DNA of 64,000 bases. Origin: Spizellomyces punctatus DAOM BR117. Lineage: Eukaryota. Both the position numbers and the translations under genes were made by a program. How positions within the stretch are numbered: the first letter of the stretch is position 1; each line of letters begins with the position of its first letter. The DNA lies in the NCBI GenBank assembly GCA_000182565.2, contig KQ257450.1. One strand, given 5' to 3'. The notes under the pieces were generated by a model. That model was not told the DNA's origin and did not search any database. It saw only the letters and a program-made list of their open reading frames with translations. Below are positions 14,715-26,400 of this stretch, in pieces.

Positions 14715-16224
14715 GTCCCCTTGGAGGATTCCGCACGAAAGACAGGGTATCTTGTCGGTCAAAGGTTGCTTGTTTCCCGTTCTACAGCGCAGAGAACAAC
14801 TCCTCCCAACTTGTCAAAACGTCTTGACCCTGGCTTACAGAGCCACCGTGACTGTGCCATTCACCGAAATGAAAGTAAAGGGAGAGATTATTACTTTTGA
14901 ACTTGAAATATTTCGCTTAAATATTCAATAAGCAATATCTCTCAATTTCACTGCTGAACTTTTGCATGATGTTCATTCAACCATTTCCAACTTTTGATTG
15001 ACGGCCCTTAGCTTTTCCAATGACGGAGGATTATTCCTGCTTTGTTAACTTGCTTGCTCCTCCTGTTCAAGTTGTTTCACTACTGGTAGTCTTACGCCGA
15101 TATTACTCATTATAGTCGTATCGACCTACTTGCCCATAGCAGCGGGATTGAACTGGTCTGTTGTGGTTGCGTACGCACGCTAATGCTGCTGCTATGCTTG
15201 AATTGAACGGTAAATAGGTCGATAAGAGTCCTAGGCTCCGCAAGCACTAGGAACAACACCTAAATTGGAATCTTAGAATACGAACTTGGCAGGCGTTCGA
15301 GTTGGTGACCAATGGTACAGTGTCAAGGTTAGCACACAAATAGCTATGGGGTCTGGTTGCCATTTGTCACTCAGCCACTTTATGCAGTAAGCAAAGTTGG
15401 TTCGTGATCTTATGCAATGCATTGCGCTCGTGGATACAAAAATGCACGATGACACTCTTGTCCTGAATTTGGCATCTCAAACAATATTATGGCGTATGTG
15501 CGAGATCTCATGTCTCATCACTTGGCCAAGATATCACCAATCTCTCAAAACGCTCAGAGACATCAGATGGTCGATTTGTCGTTAATAGCAAATGTTACAG
15601 AGAGTTCTCGTAAACCGAATTCGGGTCTTCCCAGTTATCGCGCAGGTAGCATCATTTAAATAAGTATCCTGAAAGCGCAAGGGTCCAACAAAAGGACGGG
15701 GTCAAGATACAATTGGCTGGATCGGGAACGTTCAATAGCTACAAAACCAAAGATCTCTGCAGGTCTTGTCCAGTCCTGCATGGAAAGACCAGGACCCTTT
15801 AATACGATACGTTTCCCTCAGCTCAATTTTGCATATACGAGAGGACCTTGATGAGAATTCTGCATTACCCAATTTTACTTGTGCCGGTCCAGAGTCTGGA
15901 GTACCCAAAGAAAAAGTAAAATGGGACGCAATTAATCAGTCGATATCCATTGAGCAGAGCATTAAACATGATCATCCGCCAAATGCATGTCGATTCAGGG
16001 TGCATTGGGATATTCGGAGGAACGCTCCACAGATGTTCGTCGCTCCTTGCCTGGATTTCATCGGGGCAAATTACGACGTGCGCTTAGCTAGGCGACTCCC
16101 TCGTCGGATCACATGATATTAATTCCTTGGACCCTCGATCTGAACTCATTGTGCTATTTTTGACACTTTCTTTGAGCATGATCGCTATCTGCTTATTCCC
16201 TCCATTTCGCGCTCGTCAGAAACG

Positions 16225-18245
16225 ATGGGAGTAAGTGTATCGTTACATTTCCAGAAAAGACAAATGCAAGTGATCCTAATGCTGCGCTCCTCAAGTACCA
16301 ACCGGCGGATTTTGAGCAGGAGGCTTATGCCGCCGTCCAAAACCTTCTATCACAGTGGAGTAGCACATATTTTGCAAAGGAGGAAGCAGTTTCCAAGGCC
16401 GATGACAGCTCTCCGGGTATGAAGTTACCTCCATTGGAATGGAAGTACAATGTTCGCCACAAGGGAACCATTGATCGCGGGACGGAGAAGGCCGTCCAGT
16501 TTTTGACGACCTGGAGTCAACCTGCAGAGAGGGAGCCTGTTCCGAGAGCTACGGCCAGTGCCTGGGTGACGTACAGAAAGTATGTCCCAGGAGATGAAAA
16601 GGTACAGGAATAAGCGATGATGGATGTAATACACCCAACGATCTAATGTTTAGTTGTTACCAGCGACCGGTGACGGCCCCAGTAGTATCGCTTTCATACC
16701 GATATGAACATCATAGGTTTTCCCATAAGGCACCAAACCCCAACAACTGCTTCATCCTCCCAGGCGTTTGCGGTCCCATCGAAAGGGCTCCCCAGCCTGG
16801 TAACATCTAAACTGCAAATATCGGACGCAATAGTCAACCGCAAACTTTTACAAAGAAAAACATGGAGGGAATGGGGAGAGGAGGCGGAAATGGAGGGACG
16901 AGAAGGAGATGAGATCAAAAGAGGCTCGGGAGATGAACATGCGACAAGAGTAAACAGTCCTGAGGTATATCGAATATCACCCTGGACGCGAGCTGCCATG
17001 TTTGCCAGAGACGATATGGTCCGTGATGCGGTTGCATGTCGAGAACAAGAGCGTGAGGAAGGAGTAGGGCGCCCATCCATCGCTTCACGAGAGCGTGTTC
17101 GCCCCGTTACTGCGGCCACATTAATGAATAGGTCATTTCTCACAGCGGCGGAAATTGCCATTGCACCTAAAGCACCAGAGGACTGGAAAGTGGAGACCCG
17201 CAATGCGGATGCACAAGACTTGAGAGTGGATAGAGAGAAGCGCATCGCACGAAGAAGGGCCAGAGAGGAAAGGAGAAAGCAGATGGAAGAAGAAGCTATT
17301 GCCAGACTGCGGGAGGAACAGGAAAGACTGGAGCGTCAAAAGGAACTTGAAGAAGAAGCAGAGCGGTTAAAGATGATGATGGAAACCAAAAAGTCTCAAG
17401 AGAGCGGATCTTCAGCTTCCCTGGCAGGGCTGGCAGCAGCAAATTCCCTAGTCAGTATGCGCCCTTCATCTGGCCGGAGAGAAACCGACTCGGATCAGAT
17501 ACACCGCATCATTCCATTGTCTGGTCAACCTGGGCTACCTTTCACTGGCGTGAATGGCAAACGTCACAGCTTGACAACTGCGGAGCTCCTTGCAGCTGCA
17601 TCTATGGCAGTCGCAATGACAAACGATAGCGACGCAAATTCCGCCAAAAGTTCCGGAACAGCACAGTCGGGCCCGCCCTCTCAATTTGTGAGCAAGCAAA
17701 GTAGTCGACGTGAGTCAGTCAATGCAGTGGGTTTGTCAATGGAACCATCCGTGGACGAAAATCAAACGCCACATTTTGAGCCGGAACATGGCGCGCTCTC
17801 GGAAAATGAGCCTATCGAGACGGAAACTATCGAGAGGGAAATTGTCGAGACGGAAACTTTTGAGGCAGAAACAATAGAAATCCCGAGAGATGACAACGAC
17901 GACGACGACGAAAAGTCCGCAGTAGTTAATGAGACTGACGCAGATGATATCGGGATGACTACAACCGGGCCCCAAGAGAAGGAAGAAAAAGAGTTTCAGA
18001 AAAAAGATATCCCGCCGCCAGTATCAAACGAGTTTACCACCAACGACATGGCGACTGTCAGAATGGCGGGAGCGGACGATATGGGAGATATTATCGCCGA
18101 TAGCCCAGAGGATGCCAAACCTGAACAAGATACCATGCCAACAGGCAGTACGCTGAGCCTCCATAGCGATGATGGGAGTGTTTTTGAGATTCAGAGAGAT
18201 GATGATAATGTTGATGAGGACGTTACAGATATTGCAGTAGATTAG
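16225..18245 (+). CDS. AKAP14/AKAP28-like ciliary protein with long coiled-coil and acidic extension
   Basis: WSQPAEREPVPRATASAWV resembles the AKAP14 motif WSxPxxRxPIPRATASVYF. Inferred exons 16225-16230, 16296-16601, 16664-16716 and 16796-18245; the last intron is uncertain. Confidence 0.6.
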
Positions 18246-18399
18246 AAACGTGGCTTTTTGCAATGCATTTTGGATGAGTTTATGTGTGTAAAGGTTATTT
18301 TATCGCATTCTACAAATTTCATTAAACATCAAAATCTTTACGCGCAGTGAATTTGTTGCAAATGGAAACTTGCTAATCAGGAAAATGTTTTGCGTGCAG

Positions 18400-19010
18400 A
18401 GTTAAAGTGGGCAGAATGCAAACGCCGTTTGGCAGAGTCCCCCGCCTATGGCCGCCCATAGCCGCCATTTTGGACCGCCCATTTGGGACCGCCAATAGCC
18501 AAGGCAGTCAAGGCAGCAACAATCCATTACGTGCAGGTTTCAGCCTTCCAGTCTGCCAACCTGCCAAGGCAGAAAGTTGCATGCCCCCAGCAGCCACAGG
18601 CCAAACGTTTCCAACGATGCGTTTGTCCAATCGGAGAAGACATGCGGGTCCTGCTTTTGTTCCCTTGAACAAAATGTCCGTTTGTCCAGTCATTCAAACA
18701 CACATGCCCATCATAATAATAATACACGTGCCCTAGTCATTTGCCAAATGCTTATGTCAGAATGCGAACGTGGACTGTCCACGTGCCCATCAGCCATGCC
18801 GCAAACAAAAGACGCGATTGGCCATTGCAACGGTCCAATATCCGTCATTAATGGCACAAGTCCCAACCAATCAAACAACAAACGTGACGCACATGACTCA
18901 TCACACTGGACATTGTTATGTGACCCATTTACGCGATGTGGGTAAGGGGGGGCTCAGCTTGTGTGTTTTTTTCTTTGGGCTTCTCCCTCCTGGAATATAA
19001 ATATGGGACT
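18400..19010 (+). promoter_or_regulatory. Motif-dense upstream region of ECL1-like gene with TATA box
   Basis: TATAAATA at 18996-19003, TGACTCA at 18894-18900, CACGTG at 18725 and 18780, GCCAAG at 18498 and 18563, several CCAAT, and repeated CCGCC(C)AT units at about 18450-18496. Confidence 0.5.
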
Positions 19011-19145
19011 ACGTTCCCCTTCCCCATCACCCAGCGATAAACAGTCCCCGCAGCAAGCAACTGCAATCCCACACGGCCAAAGCATCAGAAATAGGAAGCA
19101 ATTTGAGAATATAAATACTCCGACTTCCAACTACAATCAAATACT

Positions 19146-19556
19146 ATGGAGTACGGACTTGATCTCGATTGGTGCATGGCCGGCTGCGGCCGCCATACTC
19201 AGAACGGTGCACTCTACTGCTCGTCAACTTGCCTAGAACACGAATCACGCACAACACGGGTAGCCAACCCATTTTCGATACCATCGTCCGCATACCCAGA
19301 AGAGCGCCGTGCCTCGTTTCAAAGCGATAGCTCCTTTGATTTGCACACATATTCGCACGCCGCCAACAACCATCACTCACAACACCTCAACTCTGGACGC
19401 ACAATACCTCGGCCTACATCGCCCCGTCCAGAATCTCCGACTGCGCTACTGCCCTTTCGGAATCGAGGTGGATTGAATTACTCGCTGGCTCGTCCACCGT
19501 CCCCGCATTCGCCGCCTCAAAATGTGGGACATTGGGGCGTATGGGATTCTTCATAG
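19146..19556 (+). CDS. ECL1: Ecl1-family (extender of chronological lifespan) small Cys-motif protein
   Basis: N-terminal DWCMAGCGRH...LYCSSTCLEHE followed by a Ser/Pro-rich tail; single exon. Confidence 0.75.
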   Translation: MEYGLDLDWCMAGCGRHTQNGALYCSSTCLEHESRTTRVANPFSIPSSAYPEERRASFQSDSSFDLHTYSHAANNHHSQHLNSGRTIPRPTSPRPESPTALLPFRNRGGLNYSLARPPSPHSPPQNVGHWGVWDSS

Positions 19557-19911
19557 AAAGGAGAAGCGGGAAAGTAGGAATCTTATACCAAATTTCTTTT
19601 GTTTTATATGCCAATTTATTCGCTCTATCAAAAGTCGTGAGGTCCGAGTTGGCTTTTATTAGAAAAAAACAACATTGCTATTGCAATGGCCTTTTGTGTA
19701 TATTGAAAAATCTTAATAATAATGTGTATATAGCTGGTATTTCTTTTGCAAGTCTAGACGTATTTGAATTGTTTGTAAGGACATTATCCGTCGCTACCTG
19801 CTTGTTCTAACCATTTAGAGACTCATTGGCCAGTCGGTCCGGCGCCCCCTTCCTAAAGGGTGTTGATGTAAGCCATGATCAAAACTACAAAAACACAAAA
19901 CACTCACCAGT

Positions 19912-20697
19912 TTAACACTTTACAACAAATTCGGTTCCCGTGCGCTCAAGCAGATCCGTCAGGTGCTGCGTCCCGGCACAAACCTCCAAACACCACTCCT
20001 TCTCATTGAGCTTCTTTACAAGCTTTGTGACACAACAATAGGGCGTTTCGGGAATGCGGAGTTCAAAAGGTCTCACAATTTGTGCGGCTGCTAATTGCTG
20101 AGGAATCGCCTGACATCCCGCTCCGTGCGAGACAAGAATCAAGTGTGTAGATGGCGATGAATAATTTTCAATGGCATCAAGGAACGAGTGCAGGAATCGT
20201 TGACGCATTTCCGTACGGGACTCTGGATACGGTGGGAGCGGAGTGGGAAAGTCGACTTTTGGTGGCTCAAGGACAGGGAATTGACGTATGCGGTTAGCGT
20301 GGGTAAAAGAGTCGTCGGGTAGCGGTTCCGGAAAGTAATCTCTGGCAAGCCATTCGCTAAGAGGTGGATATAGATACATAGCAGGCCGTTCGGCCAAACT
20401 AGAGTGCTTTGTAACTCCATGAATGATTCCTTCGGCTGTCTGCAGGGTTCGATAGAAAGGACTTGACAAGACCGTGAGCGCAGTCTTATAACCATTTCTT
20501 TGCCGATCTTCAGCAATGTACTGTCCTGTCCGTTGAGCTTGAGCGACGCCCAACTCTGTCAGTGGCGGATCATATGGTTCGGGAGCAGTGTTGGACCAAG
20601 AAGGATCGATTTGGTCTATCCTCTCACCATGACGCACGACGTACACAACTCTTTCGAGAGAAGGGTCCGTGAGCGCCGATAGTCTTTCTGAGGACAT
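19912..20697 (-). CDS. Histidine phosphatase / phosphoglycerate-mutase-family protein
   Basis: VYVVRHGERID, DPPLTELG, SSPFYRTLQTA and LVSHGA motifs; intronless 261 aa ORF. Confidence 0.88.
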   Translation of the reverse strand: MSSERLSALTDPSLERVVYVVRHGERIDQIDPSWSNTAPEPYDPPLTELGVAQAQRTGQYIAEDRQRNGYKTALTVLSSPFYRTLQTAEGIIHGVTKHSSLAERPAMYLYPPLSEWLARDYFPEPLPDDSFTHANRIRQFPVLEPPKVDFPTPLPPYPESRTEMRQRFLHSFLDAIENYSSPSTHLILVSHGAGCQAIPQQLAAAQIVRPFELRIPETPYCCVTKLVKKLNEKEWCLEVCAGTQHLTDLLERTGTEFVVKC

Positions 20698-21243
20698 GTC
20701 AAAGGAAATGAATGGTGCACGTTGACAACTGGCTGGGTGCGTCCATTGACGTTTGACGCGTCACCCCAGGCTCTTATTAAAGTCCCCTAATTCAAGAATT
20801 CTATACACTTTTCTAGACTGAACTGACGAACATTATGAGTCGACGAGTATGAATGGCCAGTTTGACTTGGCAAGTTGAGATCTAGTTCATTGGCAGTAGG
20901 TTTCCCTGTGAAACCACGAATTCTTGGTAGGGTTATTCATGGCGTTAATGACACACGGCACACTTGTCGGTTCACACCGCCAATGTTTAAGACATGAAGG
21001 AATGGGTATTAGGTACCTCTATCTAGCCCAGTGGTTAGGGAATCCAAGTAATTGTTACAGTCGGATGCCGCACTGGCGCAACATTCCAGCTGCGCATGTC
21101 GGCCGATGTCTAGACATTCGGACCCATATATACATGACCACACTAGAATCGGGTTTAACCAATAAATCCACATCGAAATTGCACTGCTGATCTCTCCATG
21201 GTGTGTGAACCGCAAAGCGTGCCATCAACCAAATCTTGACAAG

Positions 21244-22035
21244 ATGGCCACCATAAAGTTTTACGACCTAACAGCCGACCCTACGAAATCCACACGATTC
21301 TTTTCGCCCAACACATGGAAAACCCGAATGGCACTCTTGCACAAGCAGGTCAAGTTTGAAACCGTTCCTGTTACCCTCCTTGATATCCGCGGACCAATAG
21401 CAAAGCGCTCGGGTTTACCAAACATTCAAGCTCCAGCCATAGAACTCCCAGACGGAACATTTCTTTACGACTCTTTCCGAATTTCAGAGTGGCTTGAAAC
21501 GGCGTATCCTGATGCTCCTTCGTTGTTTACCGGCGACGGTCAATCTACGCGTCAAGCCAATCCGGCACATTTGACAACAGGCAAGGCGTATGCTCGTCTC
21601 GTTGACTTGGGTCTCGGCTCATCATCACCAGAATGGGCAGTATGGTTCGAACTGTGCTTTCCCGAATTGTGTAAATATCATCAAGAGGGTGTGCCTGGAT
21701 TATACGAATACTTTATTTCGGATCAACGTCTCGGTCCAAATGGACGTGAAAAGCTGCTTGCTCTCGACCGTGTGGAGCTCATTCGTCGTGCCAAGCTGAC
21801 CGTTACACCATTGATTCAGATTTTGCGGGAGCGTCCTGGAGAATATGTGCAAGGAAAGTTCCCTGGACAGGCGGATTACGTCTTGTTTGGGAGATATGCG
21901 TACTGCCGACTCTTGAATAAGGAGATTGCCAAAGAGGTCTGGGAGGATCAGGCACCTGAGCTTGCTTTATGGATTCAAAAGCTTTCGCAAGCGTTTGATG
22001 GACATGCTCAGAAAATATTTGATGAGAATGATTGA
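21244..22035 (+). CDS. Glutathione transferase, LigE/beta-etherase-like class
   Basis: IKFYDL...FSPNTWKTRMALLHKQV, PAIEL...DSFRISEWLETAYPDAPSLF and PGQADYVLFG; intronless; ATG at 21244. Confidence 0.82.
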   Translation: MATIKFYDLTADPTKSTRFFSPNTWKTRMALLHKQVKFETVPVTLLDIRGPIAKRSGLPNIQAPAIELPDGTFLYDSFRISEWLETAYPDAPSLFTGDGQSTRQANPAHLTTGKAYARLVDLGLGSSSPEWAVWFELCFPELCKYHQEGVPGLYEYFISDQRLGPNGREKLLALDRVELIRRAKLTVTPLIQILRERPGEYVQGKFPGQADYVLFGRYAYCRLLNKEIAKEVWEDQAPELALWIQKLSQAFDGHAQKIFDEND

Positions 22036-22239
22036 ACAGATTGAATAGATTACTGAGAATATACTAGAGTGAATGATGATAAAACCTGATTCATAGAGGT
22101 TGGCAGCACCGAGGTAGTCTTTGGAGATTTTGGGTAGATATTCGACATTGGGAACCTTTGGGACATCATTCATTACAAGCACTCGTATTGCTTCCGGATA
22201 ATGTAACGGATGGTCATATTTGTACATATCCCAATTATT

Positions 22240-23070
22240 AAATGTGGAGAGCCAAGTTGATATTTGACCATATTTGCCACATGGATTCGCAACCGACAGG
22301 GGTGAGATGCCAAAAGATGCAATTCTCGCCATCGCAATATTACAAAGAACAATCCGCTGATCAATACCACATAACATCATCACTAAACATAATTGTGCTC
22401 TGACGCTGTGGTCACAGCATGAAATGTATCGATAGACGCTTGTTATTACGCAGCCATTGTTAAAAGGGATATCTGCGCATAAGCAGTAGCTTTTCCCACA
22501 TTAATGGCAGTGGTGCATCAAATTCAGAACAGCCGACTCCCGATGATCACAATGGAAAATGTCACAAATCGCCCACAGTGTACATCTTCCAATGGATACC
22601 ACCGATGGACTTAGGACTATTCAAGGACAGCAAACTGTGTGCGGAATGTCCGCCCTATGGTTTTTCCCAACCGTAATGGACACATAGTGACAACCCGGAA
22701 AGGACATAGAATATAGGACGATGCTTCCAGGAGCACGAGTAAGCCCTGCAGTACAACAGAAACGATATCGAACGACCCAAAGGAAGCTCAAGATACCGCA
22801 AGTAGCACCCGGTCCCACAAGTGCTTGAATCCTAGAGAGAATGTTTTTCGATGCGCTGGCGGCGAAATATACACCACTAAAGGCACCACGCTCCAAAGAG
22901 ACGGGTCCCCGTGTGCTTCAGTGCCAGACGAGCAGAGTCTCGCATCGGTCAAATATGGACTGTAGACGGACCATACCGCTATAATGATTCGAGTCTTTCA
23001 GCAAAGAAAACGCTGGTCGCTGAAAGAGGCGATCTTGCAAACGAATATGAACCGCTTGGTGGGAAGGAAA
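22240..23070 (+). pseudogene. Possible heavily decayed paralog of the novel-domain+BTB gene at 60231-61383
   Basis: Colinear weak matches broken by stops and frameshifts: MITMENVTN vs ITTMTNLTD; AGGEIYTTKGTTL vs VGGIHYTVARSTL; CFSARR...VDG vs MFSDRW...DADG. Confidence 0.3.
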
Positions 23071-23456
23071 GAAAGATAGATACCTTGGTCGCCTCCTTCA
23101 CCCTTTATATAGGAAACCGCAGTGTGGCTTGGACAACAAAAAACAAAAAAGAGATCTGATTGGTGGATGCTTACGTTAGCACTGCGCCCATTTGCCGAAC
23201 ATTCTCCCATTCAGACGCGGGTTAGTAGCCGAAACGCACGCAGGTTAGTAGCCCAACGTCATCAAACGGACAAGGGCGGCCTCCGCAGGTTTCTGCGCTG
23301 CCACCACGGTTTTTAATGCACTGTCATTGCTTGAATGTCCTCAAGAATTCTATCGTAACAACGCTGACATTGAACCAAGGCAACGCAAGATACTGGGAAC
23401 TAGTCAAATATCATCCCCTCTTCCACAACCCATTTTCCTCGAATTAGATCCCCAAG

Positions 23457-26400
23457 ATGAAGTCCCTGACATTGCGAGTGAACGTTGTGGAAGCGCGAAA
23501 CTTGATGGCAAAGGACAGACGTGGTACTAGTGATCCCTTTGTGGTCATAAAACTGGGTGGTCAAAGCAACAAGACCAGTGTTATTCCTCGAAATCTCAGT
23601 CCCACATGGAACGAAATGTTTGAATTGTAAGTTTGCGCCACGTTGATAGTTGGCTGCGTTCTGTACTTTTGAGCGGGACGCTGATTATATTATTTTAGTG
23701 TTCTTACACCAGTGCTGTTTGATGGTATGTTTTCATTTTCGCGCGTGTGATGCTGGATTGGCGCGACCGTTCTCGTGAGCAATGAGTCGACAGACTTTTT
23801 GCTTCAGCCGTTTCCATCGCTTACAAGTCATTCTCTCTCTATCAATAGCATCATTGGACTTTATCGTCTGGGATAAAGATCTGATAGGAAAGGACTTTTT
23901 GGGACAATTATCCATCCCCATAAGTGATATACTAAGAATCAGCGACGCTGCATCATTCGACGACCCAAAAAACGAACCAGTGTGGCACCCTCTTCATCCA
24001 CGGAAAGCAAAAGAGAATATAACGGGCGAGATAAGGTTGGTTCCACTAAACCGCTCGCGTAAATATAATGTCTAATCGGTTGATCATAAAGTATCAAGCT
24101 CGGGTTCGTCGGAGAGTTGGATCGGGATCTTTTGGGAATGTTGGACAGCTCTGCAGAGCAGACAGCCGTACATGGTAAGCAGATTCATGCCCTCTCTGCG
24201 TTTCACACTTGAAAGTAGTCCTTATACTCAAGTTTCCAACCATAGCTACGCTGATGACCACCGACGATCCTGCTGATGGTACGAAAACCAAATAAACTGC
24301 CAGTTGACTGCGGGAAGATGCTAAAGTTTTTACGTAGACCTTTACTTTAACCAATTCACGGGGGATGCCAGTAGAGATCAAGACGTACCTCAGACCCCAG
24401 AATCTCCAGAAGACAGCAGTTCAGATTCGGTTAGCGCCGATTACCTTGATAAGGCAGACACGAAGGCATTTGATCACAATGCCCAGATGGGTTTGTTGAC
24501 GATTGATAGTAAGTAGTTCCTTTCATTTCAACATCATCCTGATTGCATATCTAACGGCCATCAGTCGTGGGTGCAACCAATCTTCCATATGAGACAAATG
24601 TAACACGCACATCGTTTGACTGTGATCCCTTTGTTGTCATTTCGTAAGTATCGAGACAAGTCTATAAAGTGTACCTTTCATCTTTTGACATTGTACTGAT
24701 TTGTGCTTATAGCTATGGGTGGGTATCTTCCGACTGGTATCTTCACTCTTTGTCAAGCTGTTGCGTTGACCTGCCGTTGCGATAGGCGCAAAACGTTTCG
24801 AACGCGAACAGTTCGGCATACCCTACAGCCCACATGGAATGAGAGGGTCTTTCTGTAAGCGTCGAAAACCAGAGTGAATACGCAGGATCTGAACACTTCT
24901 GAGCCATCCGACTACATTTTATCTAGACATGTACGGCATTCAGAGCATCAACTCGGTTGGGCCGTGAACCTCTCGGTTTATGACTATGACAAATTCAGCA
25001 ACAACGATTACATTGGTACCACGGAACTGAAGATATCAGATGTGGTTGCTACGTGTAAACGGCTTCCAATGACACCCAATGTGCCAACGATGATGCCTCC
25101 AGTCGAACAGGATCTGAAGCTGGCGTTGAAAAACACAAAGGTGTGACTGACTTGGGTGCCATAGCGGCAATTGATCCTATATTGACTCTGAAGGCTTTTG
25201 CTGTAGAGTGCAGACGTCGCAACGCTCAAGGTCAAATACACATTTACTCCGTACAAGGGTACGTAAACGCTGCTGAGTATCTTCACTACATCAGTACTGA
25301 TAACCTCTATGCAGATCTTCGTCGAAATTTCTGGTTGACTCTTATCAAGGAATTCGACAGCGACTCCAGTGGGATGATAAATAAGGTCCAGCTTACCGCG
25401 ATGTTGGACAGTCTCGGTTCGAATTTCTCAGATGAATCAATCAATATGATGTTCTTAAGTAAGGGGAAGTCGCCAGATGAGGAGTTGACGTTCGAAGAGC
25501 TGGTCGAAATACTGGAGGGACAAATAACTGGAAAGATTGTATGTCAGGCCAAAACCATGAGAAGAAATAAAAGTAGAGGGAATAAGAACAGCAAGGCAAA
25601 CAGAAACGGCAGCGACAGCGATATTTCCAGCACCAGTAATTCGGATGCCACCTTGCAATCCAACGGCGAAGTAGAACACGTTATTCAAATTCGCGAATGT
25701 CCCATTTGCCGGAAGAAAATAAAACGAAAGGGAGATTTGGACGTTGTTTCTCATGTAGCGCTGTGTGCACACGAAGATTTGGGCAAAGTGGACCATTTTG
25801 TAATGGGAGGCTTTCTAACTGAGGCTTATGCGACGAGAAAATGGTATAGTAAGATTGTTTCATATGTGACCTATGGAGGCTATAGTCTGGGTAAAAATAA
25901 TGGTAAGTGGCTCTTGGTGCTATCTTTTCGTCTACATCTAACGGAGAGCGCGTTGGATTTCCTAGCCAATATTATCGTCCAAGACCGTGCGGTACATTTC
26001 TCAACCTGTGGCGTTTTATAGCAATTTACTCGGTTTCTAAACTGCTTCCGTTTCAGACGGGACAACTGGTGGAGGAGCGCATGCCAACCTATGTGCGTCT
26101 TGGTATCCGATTACTTTATCAATTCCGCTCTGGCCGAAGCGGTACGTATAGGACATTGAATCGTGATCCCTGTAAACTTTGACTGAACATGATTCGGACT
26201 CAGCCGTCGAGCGACGACTTATCAAGAACCTACTGCGAAATCTCAGTATGTAGTTGGCACATCTCACTTCATGCGCTCCCGTTGCTAATGGTCACACTCG
26301 ACTCTTTGGTGTAGGTGTGAAGCAGGGTAAAAAGTTTGATGACCCATCAAGCCGGAAAGCGATTAAGCACTTTATCGCGTTTCACAATTTGCCACTTGAT

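Noticed and set aside
14900-16200. Intergenic gap with ORF 15766-16116 and faint DDE-like words
   Set aside because: No convincing motif order or splice model; may be decayed sequence but cannot be supported.
19003-19236. uORF overlapping ECL1
   Set aside because: Its ATG overlaps the TATA box, so it is probably upstream of the transcription start.
20754-20763. Palindrome TGACGCGTCA (MCB-like core) upstream of the histidine phosphatase
   Set aside because: Single short site; not distinguishable from chance without conservation data.
21967-22383. 138-aa minus-strand ORF overlapping the GST 3' end
   Set aside because: No recognisable domain; overlaps the GST stop and the putative plus-strand relic.
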